Source: an uncultured Candidatus Rokubacteria bacterium (GTDB lineage: Bacteria > Methylomirabilota > Methylomirabilia > Rokubacteriales > DASRDR01). Taken from it: a stretch of DNA of 64,000 nucleotides. The position numbers and the translations under genes are program-made. The notes under the pieces were generated by a model. The model made no database searches. It saw only the letters and a list, made by a program, of their open reading frames with translations, and was not told the origin of the DNA. Position 1 is the first letter of the stretch, and the number at the start of each line of letters is the position of its first letter. The stretch covers positions 192,001 through 256,000 of the forward strand of contig CAWDVE010000013.1 in assembly GCA_963805625.1 (NCBI GenBank), read 5' to 3'. Positions 9,369-17,789 of the stretch are shown here, piece after piece.

Positions 9369-10841
9369 CTAGCTCGACGGGCCGAGCGCGGCCAGGAGCC
9401 GGTCGATGAAGCCGCCGAACGCACCGTTGCTCATGACGAGGACGATGTCCCCGGGCCGGGCGCCGTCGGCCACGGCGCGGACCAGCCGATCGACGTCGGC
9501 CTCGGTGCGAGCGTCGACGCCCCGGGCCCGAAGGTCGGCGACGACCCGATCGGCGTCGAGCCGCTGATCCGCGGGCACCATGTCGTGGGGCTCCGGCACC
9601 TTGAGCGCGACGCACGCGGCGCCGGCGAGAGCCTCGACGTATTCGTCCTGGTGCAATCGACGGCGGCTCGTGTTCGACCGGGGCTCGAACGCCGCCCAGA
9701 GCCGCCGACCGGGGAAGCGGGCCCGGATGGCGGCGATCGTCGCGCGGACGGCCGTCGGGTGGTGGGCGAAGTCGTCGATGACGACCACCCCACCTACCTC
9801 CCCACGCACCTCCTGCCGACGGCGCACCCCCGTGAAGGTCGCGAGGCCCCGGGCGATCTCCTCGAACCCGAGCCCGAGAGCCCGTGCCGCGGCCACGACG
9901 CCGAGCGCGTTCTCGACGTTGTGGGCTCCGCCCCCGGGCAGGGACGCGACCCCGAGGGCGCGGTCTCGCTCCAGGACACCGAAGCGAGCACCCGCCGGCT
10001 CGTGCACCAGGTCGGTCGCCGCGTAGTCCACCCCGGACGCGTCGCCAGAGCTCGCCGGGAGCCCGTAGGTCACGACTCGGGCGGCAGAGGCCCGCGCGAT
10101 CCGGAGCGCGTTCGGGGACGCCGCGCTAACCGCGAGGCAGCCGCCCGGCGGCAGGAGGCGTACGAACCGCTCGAACGCCGCCTCGTAGTGGGGAAGGTCC
10201 CGGAAGATGTCCGCGTGGTCGAACTCGATGCTGGTCAGGATCGCGGTGCGCGGGCGATAGTGGAGGAACTTCGGCCCCTTGTCGAAGTAGGCCGTGTCGT
10301 ATTCGTCCCCCTCCACCACGAAGTGCGGGCCCGCGCCGAGCCGGTAGCTCGCATCGTAGTTCCGCGCGACCCCACCGACGAGGAACGACGGGTCCCGGCC
10401 GGACGCGGCCAGCACATGCCCGAGGAGCGCCGTCGTCGTGGTCTTGCCGTGCGTCCCCGTCACCACCACAGAATGGCGCTCCCGCAGGAAGAACGCGCCG
10501 AGCGCCGCGGGAAAGCTCATCTGCGGCAGCCGTCTCGCGCGCACCTCCGTGGCCTCCGGGTTCACCCGGCGGATCACGTTGCCGATCACGACCAGGTCGG
10601 GCTTGACGATGTCGAGGTTGGCGGGGTCGTAGGGGGTCAGGACCGGGATCGCCCAGGCGCGGAGCATGTCGCTCATCGGCGGGTAGACGTTCTGGTCGCT
10701 TCCGGTGACCTCGTGGCCTGCGGCCTTCAGCATGCCGGCGAAGGCGCCCATCCCCGTCCCGGCGACGCCGATCAGGTGGATCCGCCGGGTCGTGACGGGA
10801 TCAACGTCGTCGAGAACGAGGCCGTCGTCCGGGGTCGCCAC
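9369..10841 (-). CDS. mpl: UDP-N-acetylmuramate:L-Ala-gamma-D-Glu-meso-DAP ligase (murein peptide ligase)
   Basis: GVAGTGM, GSDQNVYPPMS, GTHGKTTT, EGDEYDTAYFDK, DDFAHHP, FEPRSNT, MSNGAFGG. Confidence 0.93.
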   Translation of the reverse strand: MATPDDGLVLDDVDPVTTRRIHLIGVAGTGMGAFAGMLKAAGHEVTGSDQNVYPPMSDMLRAWAIPVLTPYDPANLDIVKPDLVVIGNVIRRVNPEATEVRARRLPQMSFPAALGAFFLRERHSVVVTGTHGKTTTTALLGHVLAASGRDPSFLVGGVARNYDASYRLGAGPHFVVEGDEYDTAYFDKGPKFLHYRPRTAILTSIEFDHADIFRDLPHYEAAFERFVRLLPPGGCLAVSAASPNALRIARASAARVVTYGLPASSGDASGVDYAATDLVHEPAGARFGVLERDRALGVASLPGGGAHNVENALGVVAAARALGLGFEEIARGLATFTGVRRRQEVRGEVGGVVVIDDFAHHPTAVRATIAAIRARFPGRRLWAAFEPRSNTSRRRLHQDEYVEALAGAACVALKVPEPHDMVPADQRLDADRVVADLRARGVDARTEADVDRLVRAVADGARPGDIVLVMSNGAFGGFIDRLLAALGPSS

Positions 10842-10857
10842 GAGACGAGCGTATCAC

Positions 10858-11832
10858 TCAGCGGATCAGATCAGCGAGCTCCGGGACTACCCACTGGGGC
10901 CGCTCGCCCCGCTGGACGCGGGCGATGTTCGCGTAGGCGTTGCCGAACCGTCGCGGCCAGCTCTGCCAGGTCGGGCCGGCCATGTGCGGCGTCAGGACCG
11001 TGTTGGGCGCCGAGAGCAGCGGATCGTCCACTGGCGGCGGCTCCGCGGACAGGACGTCGAGCCCCGCGCCGCCGATGCGCCCGCTGCGGAGCGCCTCGGC
11101 GAGGGCGGCTTCGTCGACCAGCTCGCCGCGAGCGGTGTTCACCAGGACCGCCGTCGGCTTCATCCGGCCGAGGGCCCGCGCATCGATCAGGTGCCGGGTC
11201 GCGCTCGACAGGGGCACGTGCACGGTGACCACGTCCGCACGGGCGAGCAGGTCCTCGAGCGACACGAAGGCCACCCCGAGGTCACGCTCGCGCTCCGCGG
11301 GGAGGCGGACCGGGTCGTGGTAGATCAGCGTCGACTCCCACCCCCGGAGCCGCAGGGCGACCTCCTGGCCGATCCGGCCCATCCCCACGATTCCGATCGT
11401 CGAGCTCCACAGCTCGTAGAGCCGCTTCACCCCCGAGCTCCAGCACCCGGCCCGCACGCTGGCGTCGAGCTCGGTCAAGTGCCGGAGGGTCGCCATCATG
11501 AGCAGGATGGTGTGCTCGGCAACCGCGATGGCATTAGCACCCCCGTTGACGGCGACGGGCACGCGGGCGGCCCGGGCACCCGCCAGGTTGAACCGGTCGT
11601 ACCCGACGCTCAGAAGCTGGACAAGCCGGAGCCGCCGGGCGCCGGCCAGCGTCGCGTCGTCGAGCGGGCCGATGAAACCCATGAGGTAGTCCGCGTCGGG
11701 CAAGGCGTCGGCGAGCCGGTCGGCCGGGACCAGCCGTAGCTCGAACCCGGGAGGGAGCATCTCTCGCCCGATGGCGACCACGTCGGGCTCGAGGTTCCGA
11801 TTCGGCGGCATCAGGATGACAGGATCGGGCAT
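10858..11832 (-). CDS. D-isomer specific 2-hydroxyacid dehydrogenase
   Basis: AVAEH, GMGRIG, VNTARG, GLDV, EP, LTPHMAG; SD GGAGGAG. Confidence 0.9.
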   Translation of the reverse strand: MPDPVILMPPNRNLEPDVVAIGREMLPPGFELRLVPADRLADALPDADYLMGFIGPLDDATLAGARRLRLVQLLSVGYDRFNLAGARAARVPVAVNGGANAIAVAEHTILLMMATLRHLTELDASVRAGCWSSGVKRLYELWSSTIGIVGMGRIGQEVALRLRGWESTLIYHDPVRLPAERERDLGVAFVSLEDLLARADVVTVHVPLSSATRHLIDARALGRMKPTAVLVNTARGELVDEAALAEALRSGRIGGAGLDVLSAEPPPVDDPLLSAPNTVLTPHMAGPTWQSWPRRFGNAYANIARVQRGERPQWVVPELADLIR

Positions 11833-12002
11833 GACTCCTCCAGGTTGAGCGGTCCGCGTTGTCGGAGTGGAGACGGATTCGGTATCGCAGGGGCGATCTC
11901 ACGATGCGGCACCCGACGGTTCCGGTCCATTGCCGGGCGGTCGTTCTCCGCGGCTCCCGGCAGGTGCGGCATTCGAGTCGCCACGCCTGGCGAGCGGCAG
12001 TC

Positions 12003-12629
12003 CTATCCGGCGGCGTCTCCCTTCGGCGCGGCCTTCCGCACGAGCTCCTCAAGCGCTTCGTATGGCTGCGCGCCGACGACGCCGTAGCGGCCGGCGACGA
12101 ATGTCGGCACGCCCGTGATGCCGTACTGGCGCGAAAGCGCCCAGTCCGCGTCGACCGCGTCCTTGAACGTCCGCCGCTCCAGCACCTCTCGAGCACCATC
12201 GACCGACAGACCCAGGCGCTCGGTGATGTCCAGGAGGACCGCAGGCCGGGAGATGTCGCGGATCTCGACGAAGTAGGCTCGAAACAGAGCGTCGTGCATG
12301 GTCTCGCCGCCGGGCTGCGTGTCGGCCCACTTGCCGAGCTCCTGGGCGAGGCGGCTGTTGTACGTCATCGTGCGCTCCCCGTAGGGGAGCCCCTCGGCCG
12401 TCATGCGCGCCTTCATCTGGGCGTGCATCGCTCGCAGGTCGAGGTTGCGCCCGGCGAAGAGATCGGCCAGCGCGCGACCCTCCGCGGGAGTCTCCGGGTG
12501 CAGCGGAAAGTGCACCCACTCGATCTTCACTCCGTGCTCCTTCCTGAGCCGCTCAATACGCACGGTACTGAGATAGCACCAGGGTCAGACGTAGTCGGAG
12601 AAGATCCGCATCGTCACTGGCTGGATCAC
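12003..12629 (-). CDS. DsbA/FrnE-family thioredoxin-fold oxidoreductase, probable selenoprotein (UPWC active site, TGA at 12585-12587)
   Basis: SD GGAGG then GTG 12629 reads MIQPVTMRIFSDYV-TGA-PWCYLSTVRIERL in frame with the 12003-12563 ORF. This matches the FrnE SDxxCPWC motif. FPLHP, ITGVPTF and GAQP are also present. Confidence 0.88.
12552..12572 (-). promoter_or_regulatory. Putative bacterial SECIS hairpin
   Basis: 12 nt after the UGA: CUCAGUAC-CGUGC-GUAUUGAG, an 8-bp stem (one G-U) with a 5-nt loop carrying GU at loop positions 2-3. Confidence 0.7.
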
Positions 12630-12792
12630 GGCGCCTCCTGTCGTTCAGTGGCCTCGCGATCACCGGGCGTCGCGCGGCCAGCAAGGAGCTCGAGACGTTC
12701 CACCTCTCCCTTTTCATTCTAACTGCTCCGTCCCGGGCGCCGGGCGTGAAGGCGACCCCGGCCGCCCCTCTCGCCCGCGGGCAATATGTGTC

Positions 12793-12822
12793 TTGTCTCG
12801 GAACGGCTCCCCTCCGTATAGT
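12793..12822 (+). promoter_or_regulatory. Candidate sigma70 promoter of the sulfotransferase-GT2 pair
   Basis: TTGTCT-N18-TATAGT upstream of GTG 12849. Confidence 0.4.
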
Positions 12823-12848
12823 CGGCAAGTGATGCGGGTACTGTCTCC

Positions 12849-13976
12849 GTGAACGAGTCGCTCGGGCGCCGCGTCTTCAATCACACGCTGTCCACCTTCT
12901 TCCTGGGTTCGGATGTACCCACCTGGCGGCGGCTGCTCCGTGACAACCGTCCCGCCGTGGATTCCGAGTTCCTGCCTCGGGCAAGCCTCATCACCGCGGC
13001 GAGCCTATACAACTCCGTGATGCAGGCCCGCGAGGAGAGGCGTTTCGGGACCGCCGTCGCGACTGTGACCGTGCCGCCACCGGTGATCGTGCTGGGCCAC
13101 TGGCGCAGCGGGCTCGCCCATCTGCAGCGGCTGCTCGCGCTGGACGATCAGTTCGCCTTCCCGAACCTCCACCAGGTTCGCCACCCGCGCACGTTCCTCT
13201 CGACCGAAGGGACGCACACTCGACTGACCGGCTGGATGCTACCGGCTCGCCACCCGAGCAACGGCTTGCCCGTCGCCCACGCGCTGCCCGAGGACGACGA
13301 GTACGCCATGGCCAACCTCACGGGCGCCTCGCCGTATGTCGGAGGACTCTTTCCCCGGCGGCGCGCGCACTACATGGCGACGTACCTCACGCTGGACTCG
13401 GCATCCGCCCCCGAGGTCGCTGGCTGGAAGCGGGCACTGGGCGGGTTCGCCCGCAAGCTCACCTGGAAGTGCGGGCGGCGCCCGCTCGTCCTCCGGTCCC
13501 CGCTACACGTCGGCCGGCTCCGGCCCCTGCTGGAGGTGTTCCCCGACGCGAGGCTCCTGCACGTCTGCCGCAACCCCTACGCGGTCTTCCGTGTCACCTG
13601 CAGCTCGACCGCAGCCGCCGGGCCCTACAACCGTCTTCAGCGCGCACCGGCGCTCGACGTGCCAACCTATGTGCTGGAGCGCTACACGCGCCTCTACGAC
13701 GCCTACTTCCGGGAGCGCGCGTCCCTCCGCCCGGGTCAGCTTCACGAGGTCCGGCTCGAGGACATCATCAAGAATCCGATCCGTACGTTGAGCGCGTCGT
13801 ACGAGGCCCTCGCGCTGCCGGGATTCGACCGCGTCCGGCCCCGGCTCGCGGAGACGTTGCGCGACGACCCGGGCCTGGACGCCGGTGTCGGCGCCGCTGA
13901 GTTGGAGCCGTCGCTCCGGGCACGGGTGGGCCGAGCCTGGCGTCGAAGCTTCGAGACCTGGGGTTACCCTTGCTGA
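12849..13976 (+). CDS. Sulfotransferase-family protein (Stf3/Sulfotransfer_3-like) with degenerate PAPS motifs
   Basis: PPVIVLGHWRSGLAHL, PEDDE, LRSPLH, HVCRNPY, W...FETWGY ending typical of the family. Confidence 0.8.
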   Translation: MNESLGRRVFNHTLSTFFLGSDVPTWRRLLRDNRPAVDSEFLPRASLITAASLYNSVMQAREERRFGTAVATVTVPPPVIVLGHWRSGLAHLQRLLALDDQFAFPNLHQVRHPRTFLSTEGTHTRLTGWMLPARHPSNGLPVAHALPEDDEYAMANLTGASPYVGGLFPRRRAHYMATYLTLDSASAPEVAGWKRALGGFARKLTWKCGRRPLVLRSPLHVGRLRPLLEVFPDARLLHVCRNPYAVFRVTCSSTAAAGPYNRLQRAPALDVPTYVLERYTRLYDAYFRERASLRPGQLHEVRLEDIIKNPIRTLSASYEALALPGFDRVRPRLAETLRDDPGLDAGVGAAELEPSLRARVGRAWRRSFETWGYPC

Positions 13977-14938
13977 CCCCCGGACGCGCCGCGATGTCGG
14001 CCATCGTGATCTCGCGCGACGACGAAGCCATCATCACGCGCAGCGTGGCGTCCGTCGTCGGGCAGGTCTGTCCAGAGCCCGTCGAGATCATCGTAGTGGT
14101 CTCCGGGCACGATGGGACGGTGCGGGTGGTCCGCGAGCGCTTCCCGGAGGTGACCGTGATCGCCCTACCGCGCCCCGCCCTGCCCGGCGAGGCGCGCAAC
14201 GCCGGGTTGCGAGCCGCCCGGGGCGAGTTCGTCAGCTTCCCGGGGTCGCACGTGGAGCTGCCGCCCGGGAGCCTGACCGCCCGCCTGAATGCGCACCGGC
14301 AGGGATTCGCGATGGTCACCGGAGCCACGCTGAACGGCACGACGACGCCGGCGGGCTGGGCCAGCTACTTCCTCGACCATTCGGGGAACCTGCCACACGG
14401 CGAGCCAACCGCGCTCCGCACTCCGCCGGCCCATTGCTCGTACACCCGGGAGGCTCTCGCTCGGGTCGGAGGCTTCCCTGAGGGCGTGCGCGCAGGTGAG
14501 GACACCTCCGTCAACACGGCGCTCTTCGACCTGGGATACCGGGCGCTCCGCGACCCGCGAGTTCTCCTGATCCACCACAGTCCCTGCCGCACGCTGCGCC
14601 TGCTGCTCCGGCATCACTTCGCGCGTGGGCGGGGTGAGGGACAGGTCGCGATGCGCGAGGCAGCCCGGACCGGCGTCTGGCGGGATGGCTTCAGACGGCT
14701 GTGGCGTCTGACCCGCTTCGAGCCGACGATGCGGCTTGCGGAGATCACCCGCCGCGTCATGACATCGGTCGAGCCGTACCCGAGCTCCTACGCGCGTGCT
14801 CTGCCCCTGGTCTCCCTCGGGGCCTGGGCGGCCTGGCTCGGCATCTGCCACGCGGTCGCCCGGACTCGTCGCGAAAGCGGAAGAGCTTGGGCGGTCCCCG
14901 CGCTCGGATCAGCCCGCCGACCCGATCTCGACGGCTGA
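13970..14938 (+). CDS. Glycosyltransferase family 2
   Basis: SAIVIS, EIIVV, ARNAGL..ARGE, VGGFPE, GEDT, H..RGRG. Confidence 0.85.
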   Translation: MLTPGRAAMSAIVISRDDEAIITRSVASVVGQVCPEPVEIIVVVSGHDGTVRVVRERFPEVTVIALPRPALPGEARNAGLRAARGEFVSFPGSHVELPPGSLTARLNAHRQGFAMVTGATLNGTTTPAGWASYFLDHSGNLPHGEPTALRTPPAHCSYTREALARVGGFPEGVRAGEDTSVNTALFDLGYRALRDPRVLLIHHSPCRTLRLLLRHHFARGRGEGQVAMREAARTGVWRDGFRRLWRLTRFEPTMRLAEITRRVMTSVEPYPSSYARALPLVSLGAWAAWLGICHAVARTRRESGRAWAVPALGSARRPDLDG

Positions 14939-16540
14939 CGCGCTCCTGAGGTGCAGGATCTTGCCGCTGGCCGTCGCGGTCGGCGGGCGGCGCTCAACCT
15001 CGAGCAGCCCGGCCTGGCGCCACTGGAGCGCCATGACGCGCTCGGCTCCCGATCCCCCGCCGATTGCGTCCAGGAATGCGCTCTCCACGAAGCGCTCGTC
15101 CAGCGGGCCGATCGCCGGGTGGACGCGCAGGATCAACCGGGCCTCGCCGCCCGCCGCTTCAGCCTCGACGAGCTGATAGTCGGTCGGCCCGCCACCGAAC
15201 CGCGCCGGCAGGACCTCGTCGAGCACCCGCGTCACGTCCGCGTCGTAAAAGGTCATCCCGCCCGCCGTGAGCTTCTCGAAGCTCCGCACGTGTGCGAGAT
15301 GAACGCTCCAGCCGAGGATGCCGAGTGGGCAGCGGCACGTGCGCGTCGTGAGACGACCCCGGTCGCCCAGCGAGGCGTTCAGCAGAACCACGGGCGCCGT
15401 CGGCCTGAGAGCGGTCGCCAGCAGGCCGTCCTCAGGCAGACCCGAGCTCCCGGCCGCCCCACCGGGCTGGATCAATGCCACCCGGTCGAGCTGCACGTGG
15501 AGATCGGCCGGCGCCTCCGGCGCGAGGCACTCGGTCGCGATCCCTCCAGCCTCCGTGCTGGCGTAGCCGGACATGACCTCCAGTCCCGACGCCCGCAGGG
15601 CCGCATGGCGGGCCGGAGTGAGCGGCTCGCCGCCCACCGTCAAGACGCCGCCACGTAGATCCAGGCCCGCGGCCCGAGCCGCGCGGCAGAGCAGGATGGC
15701 CGGACTGACGAAGGACACGAGATGCGGGACTCGGCCAGCACGCAGGGTGTCGGCCATCCAGCGGGCGATCGGGAGCGGATCATCGAGCGTCGCGAGCTCG
15801 GGGCGAGGCAGGGGCGCTCCGGCGAGGAGACTCACCCAGCGCAGGGCGAGACTGCTCCACGCGTAGCGCGCGTGGAGCCCTGGCGCACGCGGGTCGACCT
15901 GTAGGAAGCACCGCTCCGGTCGGGCTCCGAAGCAGGCCAGGTGCGTCATCTGCACGATAGCGGAGCTCCCCGGCACGGTCCACACCGCGTGGCGCCAGCC
16001 CCGGCTGCCCCGCGCCTCGAACGCGAGGCACGTGTCCACCGCGCAGTCGCGGACATGACGGAGATCCACCGCGACCGCAGTCGCGGCCCCGCGGCTCCCG
16101 CTCGTGTATCGAAGCAGGTGCGCCCGCGACAGGGGGTTCCGGAGCTGACCCGGCTCGATGCGAAAAGCGACCGCGCCGCGAACGACCGGCCGCCGACCCT
16201 TCAGCTCGTCCACGGTGAGATAGACACCCTGACGGAAGAGGATCGCCAGGGTAGCCTCGAGGCCTTCCCGCGCGACGAGACCCGCCAGATCGCCGCCCTC
16301 GATGCCGGCCGCACGCAGGAGTTGTAGGTAGGGGCTCGCCGGCTGAGCGAAGATCGCATGCCGCATCAGCTCGAGGAAGTCGGCCGCACGCCGCGCGATC
16401 CGCGCGGCGACGGTCCGCCGCGCCTGCTCGGCATCGATCGGGCGCCAGAGGATCGTCGGCAGCGTGGCGAGAAACCGTGCCCCCGCCAGGAGTTCGCTCG
16501 AGGTGAAGCCCGGGCCGGCGCCGGGGACCTCGCTCGGCAT
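14909..16540 (-). CDS. Adenylate-forming enzyme, phenylacetate-CoA ligase (PaaK)/CapK-like
   Basis: YTSGSRG, GGEPL, GYASTEAG, LGDRG, C-terminal SGKILH. Start reset to ATG 16540. Confidence 0.75.
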   Translation of the reverse strand: MPSEVPGAGPGFTSSELLAGARFLATLPTILWRPIDAEQARRTVAARIARRAADFLELMRHAIFAQPASPYLQLLRAAGIEGGDLAGLVAREGLEATLAILFRQGVYLTVDELKGRRPVVRGAVAFRIEPGQLRNPLSRAHLLRYTSGSRGAATAVAVDLRHVRDCAVDTCLAFEARGSRGWRHAVWTVPGSSAIVQMTHLACFGARPERCFLQVDPRAPGLHARYAWSSLALRWVSLLAGAPLPRPELATLDDPLPIARWMADTLRAGRVPHLVSFVSPAILLCRAARAAGLDLRGGVLTVGGEPLTPARHAALRASGLEVMSGYASTEAGGIATECLAPEAPADLHVQLDRVALIQPGGAAGSSGLPEDGLLATALRPTAPVVLLNASLGDRGRLTTRTCRCPLGILGWSVHLAHVRSFEKLTAGGMTFYDADVTRVLDEVLPARFGGGPTDYQLVEAEAAGGEARLILRVHPAIGPLDERFVESAFLDAIGGGSGAERVMALQWRQAGLLEVERRPPTATASGKILHLRSASAVEIGSAG

Positions 16541-16586
16541 CGAACGCCCCTTTCGATCGAGATCCACGCGGCTCAGGACCGAGGCG

Positions 16587-17789
16587 TCAGGCCGGATCGA
16601 GGGCCGCGACGAGGGCGTCGTGGAAGCGGGGTCGGAAGTCGTTGATACGCACCTCGGCCCGGCCGCGGGGCCCCGCGGTCCGGTTCGTGCAGAGCGCAAC
16701 CACCAGCCGGCGGCTCAGATCGACCCAGAGGCTCGTCCCCGTGTAGCCCGTGTGGCCCACCGCGCCGGGAGGCCGATCGCCGAGACGGTGGCCGGCCGAG
16801 CCGGCCGGGCGAGAATCGCCGGGCCGGCGGGTGTCGAATCCGAAGGCACGCGTGCTCCCCGGCGTTTCTGCGTCACGCGAGAGCGCGCGCGCCCAGCAGG
16901 ACGGCGGCGCGAGCCGCCCCGCGCCACCCCAGTCGTCCAGGATCGCCTGACCAAGGTCTGCCAGCTCGGGGGCGGTTCCGAACAGACCCGCGTGGCCCGC
17001 GACGCCGTCCATCACCCATGCGTTGTCGTCGTCGACCTCGCCCGCAGGAGACGGGTGCGGAGCGAAGGACTCCCAGAGCCCCTCCTGCCCCGGGGCCGGC
17101 TCTCGGGGTCGCGTTCGCCCGGTCGGCGCGATGACGGGTCCGTGCGACGGCGCGGCGAGTGCGCCGACCCGGGATGCCTCCGGCGGGCGGCCAGACAGGC
17201 GATGGTAGCACACGCTCAGTCCGAGCGGCCTCACGACGTGCTCGACGAACAGCGCGTCGAGCGGCGCCCCTGCCGCGGCGGCAAGGAGCTCTCCGAGCAC
17301 GACAAACCCCACGTCGCTGTAGAGAGCCCGCACGCCGGGCCGCGCCTCGGGAGCCACCGCAAGCGCGCGGGCGACGGTCTCGGCCCGGGCTGCGGCCCGC
17401 ACGCCAGGAGGGCACCCGGGCTCGAGCAGCGCAGGCATGCCCCGGAGCACGGGCACGAACAGCGGCGCGAACCCCGGGAGACCAGCCCGGTGGGTGAGGA
17501 GATCCCCCAGCGTCGCGCCAGCGCGCCCCACCGCGGCAGCGGGCGCGAGCCGCCCCACGGGAGTCTCCGGGCCGAAGATCCCATCGCGCCAGAGCGTCAG
17601 AAAGATCGCGGCGGTGGCAACCGGCTTGGTGAGCGAGGCGAGGTCGAACACGGTGTCGAGAGTCGTCTCACCCGCCACCAGCGCGAGGACGCGACGTCCC
17701 TCGTGGAGCGCGACCGCCGCCGCGCACGGGAAGACGCCAGTCGCGACTCCCTCGTCGAGGAGCGCCTGGAGGCGCGCGGCCCCCGTCAC
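16587..17789 (-). CDS. Serine hydrolase, beta-lactamase class C/AmpH-like family
   Basis: FDLASLTK (SxxK), LLTHRAGL, YSD, GVAGHAGLF, GHTGYTGTSLW. Confidence 0.88.
   Translation of the reverse strand: MTGAARLQALLDEGVATGVFPCAAAVALHEGRRVLALVAGETTLDTVFDLASLTKPVATAAIFLTLWRDGIFGPETPVGRLAPAAAVGRAGATLGDLLTHRAGLPGFAPLFVPVLRGMPALLEPGCPPGVRAAARAETVARALAVAPEARPGVRALYSDVGFVVLGELLAAAAGAPLDALFVEHVVRPLGLSVCYHRLSGRPPEASRVGALAAPSHGPVIAPTGRTRPREPAPGQEGLWESFAPHPSPAGEVDDDNAWVMDGVAGHAGLFGTAPELADLGQAILDDWGGAGRLAPPSCWARALSRDAETPGSTRAFGFDTRRPGDSRPAGSAGHRLGDRPPGAVGHTGYTGTSLWVDLSRRLVVALCTNRTAGPRGRAEVRINDFRPRFHDALVAALDPA

Noticed and set aside
12003-12629. DsbA-like pseudogene
   Set aside because: The only lesion is a TGA exactly at the catalytic Cys, with intact SD, intact motifs and a SECIS-like hairpin. 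Selenocysteine is the simpler explanation.
16587-17789. Acquired beta-lactam resistance gene
   Set aside because: No signal peptide, a YSD/GHTG esterase/AmpH-like pattern and no mobile context.
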